From a virus: a stretch of DNA of 64,000 bases. The stretch is from positions 32,001 through 96,000 of the IMG/VR virus record IMGVR_UViG_3300020190_000012; one strand, given 5' to 3'. How positions within the stretch are numbered: position 1 is the stretch's first letter; each line of letters begins with the position of its first letter. The notes beneath the pieces were generated by a model. The model saw only the letters and a program-made list of their open reading frames with translations. It was not told the DNA's origin and did not search any database. Positions 1-9,791 of this stretch are shown piece by piece. Made by a program: the position numbers and the translations under genes.

Positions 1-467
1 TTTTGCAAAAACAGAGCAGTAAACGGTGTGGAAACTTGAATATTTTTAACACCAGATCGAACAGCCTGATTTGCTGCCACCATACTACAAGCTATGACGG
101 CATCAGCCAAAAGACACGACTCATAGGGTCGATCAACATATCTTTCGCAGTCGTTCAAGATGTGCAGCCATCCAAAATCGTGTATACCAACAACCCGACA
201 GGCAGCAACATGGGCGGCATCTGCATCATCTCCAAAGGAGATAACCAAATCTGGCTTCGCTGATTCACAAAATACGCCAAAATTAACTGCGGCTGCAACC
301 CCCCTAGGCAGTGGCAAGCACCTTGGGATGCCTGAGTCAGTAGAAAGGTCAAAAAACACTCCGATGTGTTCTGGAAAAGATTTTTGAATATGTCGCCATA
401 TGACATCGCCAATCCTTGAATTGGCGGTCAACAGGTGGGGGCTGCACCCTGTGACTGCAATAATCAT
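1..467 (-). CDS. Glycosyltransferase-like protein (GT-B/GT4 N-terminal domain), runs off the window edge; missing from the ORF track
   Basis: ATG at 467 overlaps the TGA of the upstream gene (ATGA). My translation stays open to base 1: MIIAVTGCSPHLLTANSRIGDVIWRHIQKSFPEH...AKPDLVISFGDD...LLADAVIACS, resembling a GT4 N-terminal Rossmann domain. Confidence 0.6.
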   Translation of the reverse strand, partial: MIIAVTGCSPHLLTANSRIGDVIWRHIQKSFPEHIGVFFDLSTDSGIPRCLPLPRGVAAAVNFGVFCESAKPDLVISFGDDADAAHVAACRVVGIHDFGWLHILNDCERYVDRPYESCLLADAVIACSMVAANQAVRSGVKNIQVSTPFTALFLQ

Positions 468-1375
468 CCTGGCGGTTGCCTCCAAGAATCACCAAATCCA
501 TATGGGTGGTGATTCTGAGCTTCGGTTGCACTCCAACTGATCCTGGCAGCCTTCAACAACGTGCCCTTATGGACGAAGCCATAATCTATGCTTTTTGGCC
601 AGCACTTGTACAAGAATCGTTCAACGAGAATGACTTTAGGATCATTTGCCACGAGATACTCGTTTTTTGCTGGCTCAGATAACCTGATCACCTGACCGTC
701 AACAACCTCAGCCACATGGCAATCTTCAGATATGAATACACTGTCTAGCAAGATGAACTGACCCGCAGTAATACCGTCTGTATCTGAAAGTCTCACAAAA
801 ACATCACCCTGCTCGATATTCGATAAGACTGACACGTATCCCTTATCGCCTGCAATTGCAACAGGGTTCTTCTTGAGACCAGTTTCTACGATGTTGGCAA
901 GATGCATTAGATACTCGTAGCCCTCCTCCTGTGTTGCATCTGCAACATAACAAGTGATGTCAACCTCGTATGTTTCGTTGCTGACCTCCAAGCCAATCCA
1001 CTCAGAATTCTTGCTCTTACCATTTATTGTTATTGCAGGATATTTTATGATGTTGTCTGGATCTCCAAGATATATGCCCTGAACAAATTGCCCCTTGACA
1101 GCCTTTCGCAAATTGCAACTCCCAACGTTCCAATCAGAAAACCTGACCCCCTCTTGAAGAACTACATGCGTCTCATCGGGAACCTCCGTAATAACATGCG
1201 GATATTCAAATTCAGTACCATCGGTGATCAGTACATCATCTCCGACTTTAAAGCGATTAGAGGTTCTCAGTGTCAAAACACGGTCACCAACAGCGATGGG
1301 TTCAGTTATTGGGGATTCAGAACTGACCCATCTGTGTATGATTTGCCGAAGACTAGTGAGAACCTTATACATCAA
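464..1375 (-). CDS. Putative tail-completion/neck protein with two inserted beta-rich repeats
   Basis: Core IYLGDPDNIIKYPAITI...YEVDITCYV...LANIVETGLK resembles tail-terminator folds. Two similar segments (LRTSNRFKVGDDVLI / VRLSDTDGITAGQFIL). Lies in the structural operon. Confidence 0.5.
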   Translation of the reverse strand: MMYKVLTSLRQIIHRWVSSESPITEPIAVGDRVLTLRTSNRFKVGDDVLITDGTEFEYPHVITEVPDETHVVLQEGVRFSDWNVGSCNLRKAVKGQFVQGIYLGDPDNIIKYPAITINGKSKNSEWIGLEVSNETYEVDITCYVADATQEEGYEYLMHLANIVETGLKKNPVAIAGDKGYVSVLSNIEQGDVFVRLSDTDGITAGQFILLDSVFISEDCHVAEVVDGQVIRLSEPAKNEYLVANDPKVILVERFLYKCWPKSIDYGFVHKGTLLKAARISWSATEAQNHHPYGFGDSWRQPPG

Positions 1376-1635
1376 AGTGGATATTTCATTATTTTGTCAA
1401 CAACCCTATCAATCATATCTTCCACAATAGCATTTATCTTGTCCATCTTGACAGCATCTTCGGACGAAGCACTTCTTACTGCAGCATCTTGAGTTGCCTC
1501 TTCTCTTGAAGAGAATATTCTGGTTCCAGCATATATGCGAGATGGAGCGCTCGAAGACTCGGCAGACCCATCTTTTATGGCATTGATCTGCGCCAGAGCC
1601 GAGCTCACAATGTCTCCAATTGCTTCCATGATCAC
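1372..1635 (-). CDS. Hypothetical protein (87 aa)
   Basis: 4-nt overlaps with both neighbours. Confidence 0.6.
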   Translation of the reverse strand: MIMEAIGDIVSSALAQINAIKDGSAESSSAPSRIYAGTRIFSSREEATQDAAVRSASSEDAVKMDKINAIVEDMIDRVVDKIMKYPL

Positions 1636-2357
1636 ATATCTGGAATGTCTCTAGTCGAATCCTGATCAGTATTGGGTAGTGAATATCTGCCCAAAAGCGT
1701 AGGATTGGCAAATCTACTTGAGATTCTGGTCTGACCATGAAGAATAGTTCTTCCGTTCAATATGTTCATCAACATGACGCGTGCCTGATTTCTCAACCCC
1801 TTGCCATACTCGTTCTTCTCTGTGCCGCTCATGGCAGAGAAATGTCTGTCAAACAGGCTGGCAACACAAAGACGCGCTGATGCTCCCGGGACTGGGTCGG
1901 GGAATTTTACTCGCAGCAATCGTGATTCTGCTGCCGCAAAATCAACCAAGAAAGGGTCATTAACGATAAGGGTTGTACCGTTCGCAATATTAGCAACTGT
2001 CCTTCTCTCATTTAGAAAACCGTTTGTCAGAACAATTATATCACCCGGTACGAATACATTTGCATTGGGGCTCATGATGACGATATCTGTGTTGTATGGA
2101 TCAATATCCACCACGAGTTCAAATTCGACATCACTTATCTCTTTCAGTGGAGTGCTGTACATGGAGCTCAAAATAGAGTTTATGTACTCGTCAGCAAGCG
2201 CGATGTGCTGATCAAGAATCTCATCAGTTATCACATTACCCTTGAGGCTATTGCCAAAATTTATGAGACTACCTTTCTGTGTGAGCGTTGGATCTGTCGC
2301 GGTCGTAAAAGACTGGGCAAAAACACGCTTGCAGAGATCTCTCGTTGCGTATCCCAT
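1632..2357 (-). CDS. Head-tail adaptor, Mu gp36/DUF1320-like, with an inserted beta domain
   Basis: MGYAT...HIALADEYINSILSSMYSTPL...FPDPVPGASARLCVASLF...ARVMLMNILNG matches the gp36-like adaptor pattern. Confidence 0.65.
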   Translation of the reverse strand: MGYATRDLCKRVFAQSFTTATDPTLTQKGSLINFGNSLKGNVITDEILDQHIALADEYINSILSSMYSTPLKEISDVEFELVVDIDPYNTDIVIMSPNANVFVPGDIIVLTNGFLNERRTVANIANGTTLIVNDPFLVDFAAAESRLLRVKFPDPVPGASARLCVASLFDRHFSAMSGTEKNEYGKGLRNQARVMLMNILNGRTILHGQTRISSRFANPTLLGRYSLPNTDQDSTRDIPDM

Positions 2358-3517
2358 CAGACCTGATCCCTAGTTATAATTCCATTAAGAAGTCTGTTCT
2401 TTACAATCTGCGCAGATGTTAACAGTCCAGAGCAAACTGCGTTTAGTGGGTCTGCCGCCTTGCGGACATCCCCAATCTTGAATGGCAGTTGTATGGAAGA
2501 CATGATTCTTGCCAATTTATTCTCAAAGCCGTTTGGCATAGAAGTTCCACCGGCGATCACCACATCAAGAGGCTTGTCAAACTGACTCTTAACTTCTATG
2601 AACTTCTTGGCAAACAAACCGACGACATGACGGAGCATGGCATCATAATATGCGTCAAGCGCAAAAGCTATGTCATTATCTTCATCGATGTTTTCAAAGT
2701 CAAGAACCCGCTCCTTGAAATCTATCACCTGAGACACTGGCACCGCAGTCTGCTCTGAAACTTGTCTGTCAACCCAATCTCCGCTCCTGCTAACAGACAT
2801 GCCAAGAATCTGCATACCTTTGTATGCTACAACGCAATTTGCCCTGCCGGCACCAAATGACATTCCTATTCCACTGAAAGGGACTTCTGTGCCGTCATCT
2901 AGAACCACAGACGGCCTCTCGCTGAGAATGACAGCAAGACCTTCCTCTATGACCTTAACATTCCAATTAAGGCGGGTAAACATGGCCTTGAGACGAGCCG
3001 AATGAAAAATGCTGTCCTGACCAGCATCCGCGCATGGACTGGACACACATATGCAAACAACTGAATTTTCATCAGGAGCCTTGCCAATAGAAGATTCTAT
3101 GACTCCAGAAAGAACCAAACTCTTCTTTGGCTCGTCTCTGTTGAGGACTCCGTCCTGAAGTGGGCGGCGAATCTCAACCGACCCTGGAAATAACTTGGCA
3201 ACCTGCATTGAGTCATCTCCAACGACAAAGTACTGCATGCCATCTTTTACATATCTCCAACCATTTCTAGTCAAGATCTCTTCCAGTTCTGATGAATATG
3301 GTATTTCTACAAACGCGTTCCTGACCGAAGATACGCTTATGTTGTCACCCACTAGTTCCGCTGTCTGAAAAAACATAGTTCCCACATCCACGCCAATGGC
3401 TCGGGTGCTTGGTTTTTCTTCTTCAAAACTATTCACAGATTTCGCGGGAGCGTTCGCCAACGACGACGACCGTTTTAAGGAAGAAACATTCTGCACGGCT
3501 TTGTGGTGGGCGTTCAT
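2357..3517 (-). CDS. Actin-family ATPase, volactin-like
   Basis: Phosphate-1 GVDVGT, connect-1 IEEGLAV, phosphate-2 MSFGAGRAN, adenosine IAGGTSMPNGF, connect-2 DPLNAVCSG. RNAFVEI, VVGDD, RRPLQDG and SGDWVD resemble haloarchaeal volactin as I recall it. Confidence 0.85.
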   Translation of the reverse strand: MNAHHKAVQNVSSLKRSSSLANAPAKSVNSFEEEKPSTRAIGVDVGTMFFQTAELVGDNISVSSVRNAFVEIPYSSELEEILTRNGWRYVKDGMQYFVVGDDSMQVAKLFPGSVEIRRPLQDGVLNRDEPKKSLVLSGVIESSIGKAPDENSVVCICVSSPCADAGQDSIFHSARLKAMFTRLNWNVKVIEEGLAVILSERPSVVLDDGTEVPFSGIGMSFGAGRANCVVAYKGMQILGMSVSRSGDWVDRQVSEQTAVPVSQVIDFKERVLDFENIDEDNDIAFALDAYYDAMLRHVVGLFAKKFIEVKSQFDKPLDVVIAGGTSMPNGFENKLARIMSSIQLPFKIGDVRKAADPLNAVCSGLLTSAQIVKNRLLNGIITRDQV

Positions 3518-4047
3518 TAGAGAAGACCCTCCAATTCATCTAGTTTTTTCTTCATATCGGATGCGTCCTTAGATTTGCCTTTTTTAGGCTCTATATTTGT
3601 GGAAAGGTTGGATGCCATGCGTGAAACAACTTTTTCATGTATGGCTATAAGGTTTTCGGCTTGCGGCTCAGATATTGATTTAATGACATCAACATTTTCA
3701 ACCTGTGAGGAGACATGAACAACCTGAGGGGCAGGCATGGAAGATAGCATTTTTTTTAACTCTACTAGTGATTCTGCAATTGCGGATATGGCCTTACCAT
3801 CATTCTCTTCTCTAACTATTTTTCTCAATGCGTCCATGTCTATGGCATTCTGACGACCATGGTTAGTATCTTTTGATACTACCCTTAGATATCCAGCAAC
3901 CACGGCCTTTTTTACTGATGGGCTTGCCTCGACAATTCTCCTGTCAGCAACACTGTCAAGATCTATAGACTGACTTGGAGATAGCACCACCTTCAGGTCT
4001 CCGAGTGACAAATGCTGCCTAGTTGTATTTACCACTAAAAACATCAT
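3517..4047 (-). CDS. Hypothetical protein: N-terminal shared module plus helical, charged C-terminus
   Basis: Translationally coupled to the actin-like gene; contains PSVKKAVVAGYL. Confidence 0.7.
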   Translation of the reverse strand: MMFLVVNTTRQHLSLGDLKVVLSPSQSIDLDSVADRRIVEASPSVKKAVVAGYLRVVSKDTNHGRQNAIDMDALRKIVREENDGKAISAIAESLVELKKMLSSMPAPQVVHVSSQVENVDVIKSISEPQAENLIAIHEKVVSRMASNLSTNIEPKKGKSKDASDMKKKLDELEGLL

Positions 4048-4259
4048 CCGTGCAATCTGGTTCGAGGTAGAGGTTTGAAATTTTTTGATGGGTCTATAAT
4101 CATCGTCGAACTCTTTTTACACGATGGGCAAACCATGTGTATTGTGCCCTGCGAGAAGTTAATCTCCACATTGCCACGAGCCGCCGTACTAGAGAAGCAC
4201 GCTGGACACACCACTCTGAACACCTCATGCTCATGGGTCACCTCCTCTCTTTTAGGCAA
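4044..4259 (-). CDS. Small zinc-ribbon protein
   Basis: CPAC...CPSC; overlaps both neighbours. Confidence 0.65.
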   Translation of the reverse strand: MPKREEVTHEHEVFRVVCPACFSSTAARGNVEINFSQGTIHMVCPSCKKSSTMIIDPSKNFKPLPRTRLHG

Positions 4260-6507
4260 GGAACAAACTCCTTGCCAATTTCAACATGTAATCCCTTACA
4301 TCTTCGTAAGAACATCCTGCCTCTTTGAAAAATGGAACATCATCTATAAATGCCATTCTTTGCTCTCGAGCGCGTCTTGCCGTGCCAAGACCGCTATCTC
4401 GCCAACTCTTGATATCAGGTTCTTCTCCAATGAAGTTCATAAGTGCAACAGCTTCTTCATTGTTTATGATGACCGACTGGTTGAGTTGCCAAGCCAAGCC
4501 GGCAATCACTCTTGCAGCATTGTATTTATCTTTGTATCTATTTGTCGCCCTATCGAATGCTGCCACAAGAGCATTGTCTAACTTTTTCTGCTCTTGAGGA
4601 TCGGCATTTGTCAACGATGCTATCCATGCCGCAGGATTGAATATGCCGCCATCTTGCTTCAGTTTTTGGTATATCAACTGAACCTCATTAGGTCCACGAG
4701 CGGGAATGCGCTCAACAGTTCTGTTCGTATTGTCTTTCAACAACTGCATCATGCACTTAGCCATTTCTTCACTGTTGATGGCACCCTTGATCTCCTGCAC
4801 CTTATCTTCAAAAGGAAGACCAGAAATTCTTGGGGCCAATGTGTGCACAAGCACATATCTGCAGCGACGCTTAGCCTCTTCTTTTTTGGAAAGAGCTCTC
4901 GGTTGAGCCTGCTGAAGACTGTGAAGATCAGATCTTTCGAAATCATCAGGTGCAAAATTCGTCCAGTCCAACGGAGGATTAGCCCTATTTGCCCTGACAA
5001 TTGCAGTCAAAACCCTGATGCCCTCATTAATTTCACCACTTTCTGTGGTGATTACAATTTGAGCGTGATTGTGGTTGACATACGCTGTCTTCTTTCTACC
5101 AAACAGCGACTTCAGGTGGATAAGTGCAGGAATTGAATGGCCACGCTGCGCAACATCTATAAGCGCATCAAGCCCGTTGATGATCCTATTACGTGCGTTC
5201 GTTGCATCTTCGAGAGACTGCTGCAAAATATTTCTCATGGGCTCTACGGCCGCCTGTTGGCTCTTCATCTGCTCAGCACCAATCGCCTCAATGGAAAGTT
5301 TATCAAGTATGCTGCTCAAAGAGCCAATATGGGTGTCAAGTTTGATGGCGACATCATTCTTGAATCCTTCAAGAATTCTGATAGCCTTATCGTTGTATTG
5401 AGTAGGAGCCTGAGACTGAAGTTGCTCAATCCCACTATGAATGTTTGCAGCAAAGTCTTCGGAAGTTGTAGTTGCTGAACTATCCGGAACTACATCAAGA
5501 CCTCGTTTCTCTGGATCCACTTCTCCTAGAGCCCGAGCGGAGTCGTACTCATCCTGCGCGAACTCGTTAACTCCGAGTTCACGCCTACGCTTGTCAACCA
5601 CATATGCAAACATATGTGCAGTCGCATCTTCGTCGCCACCCTGTAGAAGATTAACAAGCCTGCACAGCAGCGTGATGCCAACAACATCAAAAGCAGATGA
5701 CGTTCCTGGCATCTGTGCAATAGTTCTGTTAGATACTGTCTGAACATTGGTCTTGCCAGACTCATTCAAAACACTTTGGACACGCTGTGGCATCTTCTCA
5801 CGATGACGATTAAAGAAACTATATACGAAGTTGCCCCTAGAGGCCTGAAAGTCAGAAATCTCTATGGCGTTTCTTCCGCCCTCAATCTCATCTAGGTATA
5901 CGGTATATGCTAGGTTTGATCTTTGCCTAAACCATTCAGCATTCAAACCATTCCTGACACATGCTGCACGAGCAGCACTTTGTTGGTTAACAAGAGCTGC
6001 CTTGCCAAATGCTGGCAAACCACCTTTGGATATCACGTCATTCAGGTGTGCGATGATGCTTAGCAGGTCATCTCCGCCTTCGGGGAACGTTGAACATGGA
6101 GACTCGTCCTGATTTACGCCTGGAACTGCTCTCATCTGCCTTGGGAGCACAATTCCATCCTGGACAATCTGGGCATCACCCTGATCCTGCATGTTCGCCT
6201 CGGGGGACTTCAACCACTCTTGCAAACATGTTAAACTTTCAGACAAAATATCTTGTGCTTCATCGGCAACACGACTGTCATCCTCGTATTCATTAATTTT
6301 TACATAAGCCTCCTCAGACAGGCGATTCAACTCCTCCCGCCGAACATCAACAGACCTATCAGCGTTATTGGCAGCCTGCTCCATGCTTGTGATCACGCCA
6401 GTTAGGTATGCATGTAATTCCCTGTTGCGACTATATATATAATTGAGTTTACGAGTCGCCGACTCGCAAGATCCAGCTGCGGTTTTTTGAAATTTCTGTG
6501 AAAACAT
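4252..6507 (-). CDS. Large helical hypothetical protein (~750 aa), possible internal virion protein
   Basis: Long ORF (track 4252-6600). I prefer ATG 6507 (MFSQKFQKTAAG), which gives the N-terminal K-x-A pattern; the start is uncertain. Confidence 0.7.
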   Translation of the reverse strand: MFSQKFQKTAAGSCESATRKLNYIYSRNRELHAYLTGVITSMEQAANNADRSVDVRREELNRLSEEAYVKINEYEDDSRVADEAQDILSESLTCLQEWLKSPEANMQDQGDAQIVQDGIVLPRQMRAVPGVNQDESPCSTFPEGGDDLLSIIAHLNDVISKGGLPAFGKAALVNQQSAARAACVRNGLNAEWFRQRSNLAYTVYLDEIEGGRNAIEISDFQASRGNFVYSFFNRHREKMPQRVQSVLNESGKTNVQTVSNRTIAQMPGTSSAFDVVGITLLCRLVNLLQGGDEDATAHMFAYVVDKRRRELGVNEFAQDEYDSARALGEVDPEKRGLDVVPDSSATTTSEDFAANIHSGIEQLQSQAPTQYNDKAIRILEGFKNDVAIKLDTHIGSLSSILDKLSIEAIGAEQMKSQQAAVEPMRNILQQSLEDATNARNRIINGLDALIDVAQRGHSIPALIHLKSLFGRKKTAYVNHNHAQIVITTESGEINEGIRVLTAIVRANRANPPLDWTNFAPDDFERSDLHSLQQAQPRALSKKEEAKRRCRYVLVHTLAPRISGLPFEDKVQEIKGAINSEEMAKCMMQLLKDNTNRTVERIPARGPNEVQLIYQKLKQDGGIFNPAAWIASLTNADPQEQKKLDNALVAAFDRATNRYKDKYNAARVIAGLAWQLNQSVIINNEEAVALMNFIGEEPDIKSWRDSGLGTARRAREQRMAFIDDVPFFKEAGCSYEDVRDYMLKLARSLFLA

Positions 6508-6615
6508 GATGTCTTTTCCCATAAATGGTATTTCTGACTTATCACGACCTATCCTTGTGAGGAGGTGTGAGGAGAACATGCGCCCCGCCCAACACCACAC
6601 GCCGCCACGGTGGTG

Positions 6616-7305
6616 TCAGTTTTTTTCCTTGTATTTGAGGTCTATCTGGGAAACAAGACCATGTCGCTGACAAGATTCTGGTGGGAATTCAAAATAACCC
6701 ACCCCGCCCAGGCCCTTGAGTCTTCTCAGGGCGTCTGTAAGGCCATTCCTAGACGACCTGCAGTCTAGGTCGCACTGAAATTCGTCCCCAGCAACAACTG
6801 CCTTAGATGACTTGCCAAGCCTGGTCAGGAATAGGTGCATCTGCTCGGGAGTGCTATTTTGAGCCTCGTCCATGATCATGAAAGTGTTTTCAAACGTGAC
6901 GCCACGCATGAAGGCAAGAGGTAGTATTTCAATCTGATCAGATGCCATCATTCTGCCAGCCGTGCTCTTACCAAGTATCTTCTCCATAATCATTCTGACC
7001 GGAGAAACAAAAGGATCAAACTTTTGCTCAAGAGACCCAGGAAGATATCCTAGCCTTTCACCCGCACTGACATAGGGACGCGTCAAGACAATTTTACTGA
7101 TTCTTTTTTCACTCAACATCCGCAGGGCCATACCAGTGGCAATGGTTGTCTTACCTGTTCCTGCCATTCCATATAACATAGTCACCGCGCTGTCCTCAAT
7201 AATTTTAATAGCCTTCTTCTGATGATCATCAAGTGGTTTGAATGCTATGTGGGGCCCAGAACGATTGTCCTCAACCAACTGCTTGCGCCTAGACTTGTTG
7301 CTCAT
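6616..7305 (-). CDS. phoH: PhoH-family ATPase
   Basis: GMAGTGKT Walker A, LTRP, GERLGYLPG, FMRGVTF, MDEAQN, LTRLG, GD..QCDL, RH.LV. Confidence 0.95.
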   Translation of the reverse strand: MSNKSRRKQLVEDNRSGPHIAFKPLDDHQKKAIKIIEDSAVTMLYGMAGTGKTTIATGMALRMLSEKRISKIVLTRPYVSAGERLGYLPGSLEQKFDPFVSPVRMIMEKILGKSTAGRMMASDQIEILPLAFMRGVTFENTFMIMDEAQNSTPEQMHLFLTRLGKSSKAVVAGDEFQCDLDCRSSRNGLTDALRRLKGLGGVGYFEFPPESCQRHGLVSQIDLKYKEKN

Positions 7306-7727
7306 GTCGCCTTTCCTCCTAGCGTTAGAATTACAAAACCAGACGAACGAGAATCACGGCGGCACACAATACCGTCCGTGAGCATTGAGCCGTAGAAAGA
7401 GTCCAACTCTCCCATACGTGATACGATTACGTCCCAAACAGGCGAAGGGAGGCGGATACGCCTCCCTTCAAGTAACTGCAGTCTTATTTTTATTGGGTTA
7501 AAGTCTGTCAACGACTCAACCTGTACTAAAAAGTCGTCAAATTCATTAGCCAATTCTAACTGCCAAAAACCAGATTCGTCTCTTGAACGCCTCAAATAAT
7601 CTATCTGATCGTAGCCCATTGACTCTCGCAGATGAGCCAACTGCTCGGCATTGAGAAGACGGGTCAATCTGCAAAATTCTGGATATGATTCGAAAATGGG
7701 TACGTCTTGCGTCTTTTTTCGTTTCAT
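7302..7727 (-). CDS. Hypothetical protein
   Basis: ATG 7727 overlaps the upstream TGA (ATGA); the track start at 7766 is probably too long. Confidence 0.6.
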   Translation of the reverse strand: MKRKKTQDVPIFESYPEFCRLTRLLNAEQLAHLRESMGYDQIDYLRRSRDESGFWQLELANEFDDFLVQVESLTDFNPIKIRLQLLEGRRIRLPSPVWDVIVSRMGELDSFYGSMLTDGIVCRRDSRSSGFVILTLGGKAT

Positions 7728-8020
7728 GTCCTGATGCTCAAGGGGGCGTTGAGCATGATGCGACACATGTTCAACACATGGGTGGTATCAGCATCTGATT
7801 CGCCAGCAGCGAACTTAACCAAAAGTCCGTTGTCAAGAGCAATACCCCTCCCTGAAAGCAAAATGTTTCTAAAATTTTGAGTTATCCTATTCACTGCAGG
7901 ATCATCATTGTTGATGATGTGATTTTTCATCTCTTCAGTGGCAAGGGCGTAAAAGAAACAATCATCCTCCCCTGCAACCTTGTCAAGCAACTCTCGCAAA
8001 ACTTTCTTGTTTACGATCAT
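7724..8020 (-). CDS. Hypothetical protein (98 aa)
   Basis: Coupled by 4-nt overlaps on both sides. Confidence 0.6.
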   Translation of the reverse strand: MIVNKKVLRELLDKVAGEDDCFFYALATEEMKNHIINNDDPAVNRITQNFRNILLSGRGIALDNGLLVKFAAGESDADTTHVLNMCRIMLNAPLSIRT

Positions 8021-9015
8021 ACACCACCACCTGTAAATATGTACCTAAACCATCTACTCCTGCCGCCAGGTAAAGTGTATTCAGGAGTGACAATATTTCT
8101 ACTCTTGGGATATGGGCCAAGTTTCTTGCCATCCAAGAAGCCTTTTACACTCTCTTCATAATTCTTTTTCAAAGTGTCTAGACTGCTCGAAAGATTTGAC
8201 GCACGCTCAGCACCGCCAAAAACAAGTTGCGGCTCCTGAAAAGCCAAAGACAGCATCATCTCTCTTATGGCATCGGCTGCGGCGCCGTAAAGAACAGCTG
8301 GGACAATCTCGCTTGGCACTGAAAAAAGACTGTAGTTGCTTCTGGGTGGATAAAAATTGAACTTGCCAAGTGCATTCGCCAAAAATCTGTACAACTGATC
8401 ATTGGAAAACCATCTGAAATTGTAGTCGGCATTCACAATGTCATATGATGTCAATGGTATGTCAAATGTAACTGTACCACGAAAATAATTCGTAGAAAAG
8501 CCCTCGTCTACGATGTTATTGTTTCTGTAGATTATGACGCCTGCTGACTGATTCCACCTCGGGAAAGAAAAGGCGAAAGTGGCGTTGTCTTTTGATGTAC
8601 GACCCTGCTCAAAATACACAGGTATGTTCATGGTTGGTCTTATGTGGTATTCAAGAGCAACTATAAGATCCCTAACCTGCCCAAAGTAAACACCTTCTGG
8701 ATCTGGTCTCTCATTTATGACAACCTCTTGCGTAATCGTGTTTGTTTCAATCCCATCATTATATGACCAGGTTAAATCCCAACGACCAACTTCTGCATCA
8801 GATGCAACCGACCATATGTATGCATAATAACCGTCAGATATCGTAATTGCGGTGTCTGCATCGACATCAACCTCTCCAGACGGACTGGTCAGAGTCACAG
8901 ACACATCAGTGGCTGCGACGGGCTGAGAGTTGAGAGATGTCAAACACAGGAACAAACTGTTTGAAGTGCCTTGGGTAAATGTTCCTTGAGACTCTGTCGA
9001 TTGACTTAGTGCCAT
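8017..9015 (-). CDS. Putative virion structural protein: N-terminal Ig-like domain and adaptor-like helical C-terminus
   Basis: VSVTLTSPSG...GYYAYIWSV...GRWDLTWSY is Ig-like; WFSNDQLYRFLANALGKFN...VLYGAA resembles head-tail adaptors. Confidence 0.5.
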   Translation of the reverse strand: MALSQSTESQGTFTQGTSNSLFLCLTSLNSQPVAATDVSVTLTSPSGEVDVDADTAITISDGYYAYIWSVASDAEVGRWDLTWSYNDGIETNTITQEVVINERPDPEGVYFGQVRDLIVALEYHIRPTMNIPVYFEQGRTSKDNATFAFSFPRWNQSAGVIIYRNNNIVDEGFSTNYFRGTVTFDIPLTSYDIVNADYNFRWFSNDQLYRFLANALGKFNFYPPRSNYSLFSVPSEIVPAVLYGAAADAIREMMLSLAFQEPQLVFGGAERASNLSSSLDTLKKNYEESVKGFLDGKKLGPYPKSRNIVTPEYTLPGGRSRWFRYIFTGGGV

Positions 9016-9788
9016 CAGAATTTCCTCAAGTCTTGCGAGGTTCTTCCTGTTGATGTTACTTCAATACGACCGGGAATACCTGCTTGAGAAACCTGAACAC
9101 TAGGCATAGGAGAGCCAAAACCGACAACTGCTCCAGAAGGAGATTCAAAACACAAGGCATACATTCCGGATTTTATCGCCACCACCATGGCATCAGTCAA
9201 TTCAGTAAACTTCAAAGATCCATATGGCGGACTATAAGAAACTCGCCTGAGGTCTTGTGTGGTTCTTAGACCTGCATCTACTGTACGCAGTGAAACTCTG
9301 CTGACCTGCGCAGTAGATGTTCCTGCGGACACCTTGGCGTATACAACTTTATCATTGAAAGGATAGAAAACCGATGCAGATCCAGCCCTAGATCCAGACA
9401 TAAAAAAGTTGTCAAACCTACTGTTTTCGTCAGATGAAAAGGCTCGCAAAGCGATTTGCGAAGGATCGTTCCCGCGAATAGCCACGCCAAGAACAGGATC
9501 CCACAACAACTCCTCATGAGACATAAGCAGATCATCAGCAGCTGGCGAAGCTCCCATCATCTCATAGATGCAGACATTCACTTTATCATTTTTAATGCCG
9601 TCAGCCACTACTGAAGCCGCATACATCGGGAAATGGAGCAAATCCAAAGTTATGACTGCAGCAGAATGTGTTATGGCAGATGAAAAAATGCCTGAAGACG
9701 GGTTTAGCTTTAGACCATCTTCTGATGTGCATATACAGTAAAAAACAGATTGTCTTGGTGCAATAAATCTCACCGAAAATGACGGCAT
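9015..9788 (-). CDS. Hypothetical beta-rich protein
   Basis: 257-aa ORF, 1-nt overlap with the downstream gene. Confidence 0.6.
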   Translation of the reverse strand: MPSFSVRFIAPRQSVFYCICTSEDGLKLNPSSGIFSSAITHSAAVITLDLLHFPMYAASVVADGIKNDKVNVCIYEMMGASPAADDLLMSHEELLWDPVLGVAIRGNDPSQIALRAFSSDENSRFDNFFMSGSRAGSASVFYPFNDKVVYAKVSAGTSTAQVSRVSLRTVDAGLRTTQDLRRVSYSPPYGSLKFTELTDAMVVAIKSGMYALCFESPSGAVVGFGSPMPSVQVSQAGIPGRIEVTSTGRTSQDLRKF

Positions 9789-9791
9789 GAC

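Noticed and set aside
155-412. 85-aa minus-strand ORF from the track
   Set aside because: Another minus frame starting at ATG 467 is open to the window edge, is coupled to the upstream stop and looks like a glycosyltransferase.
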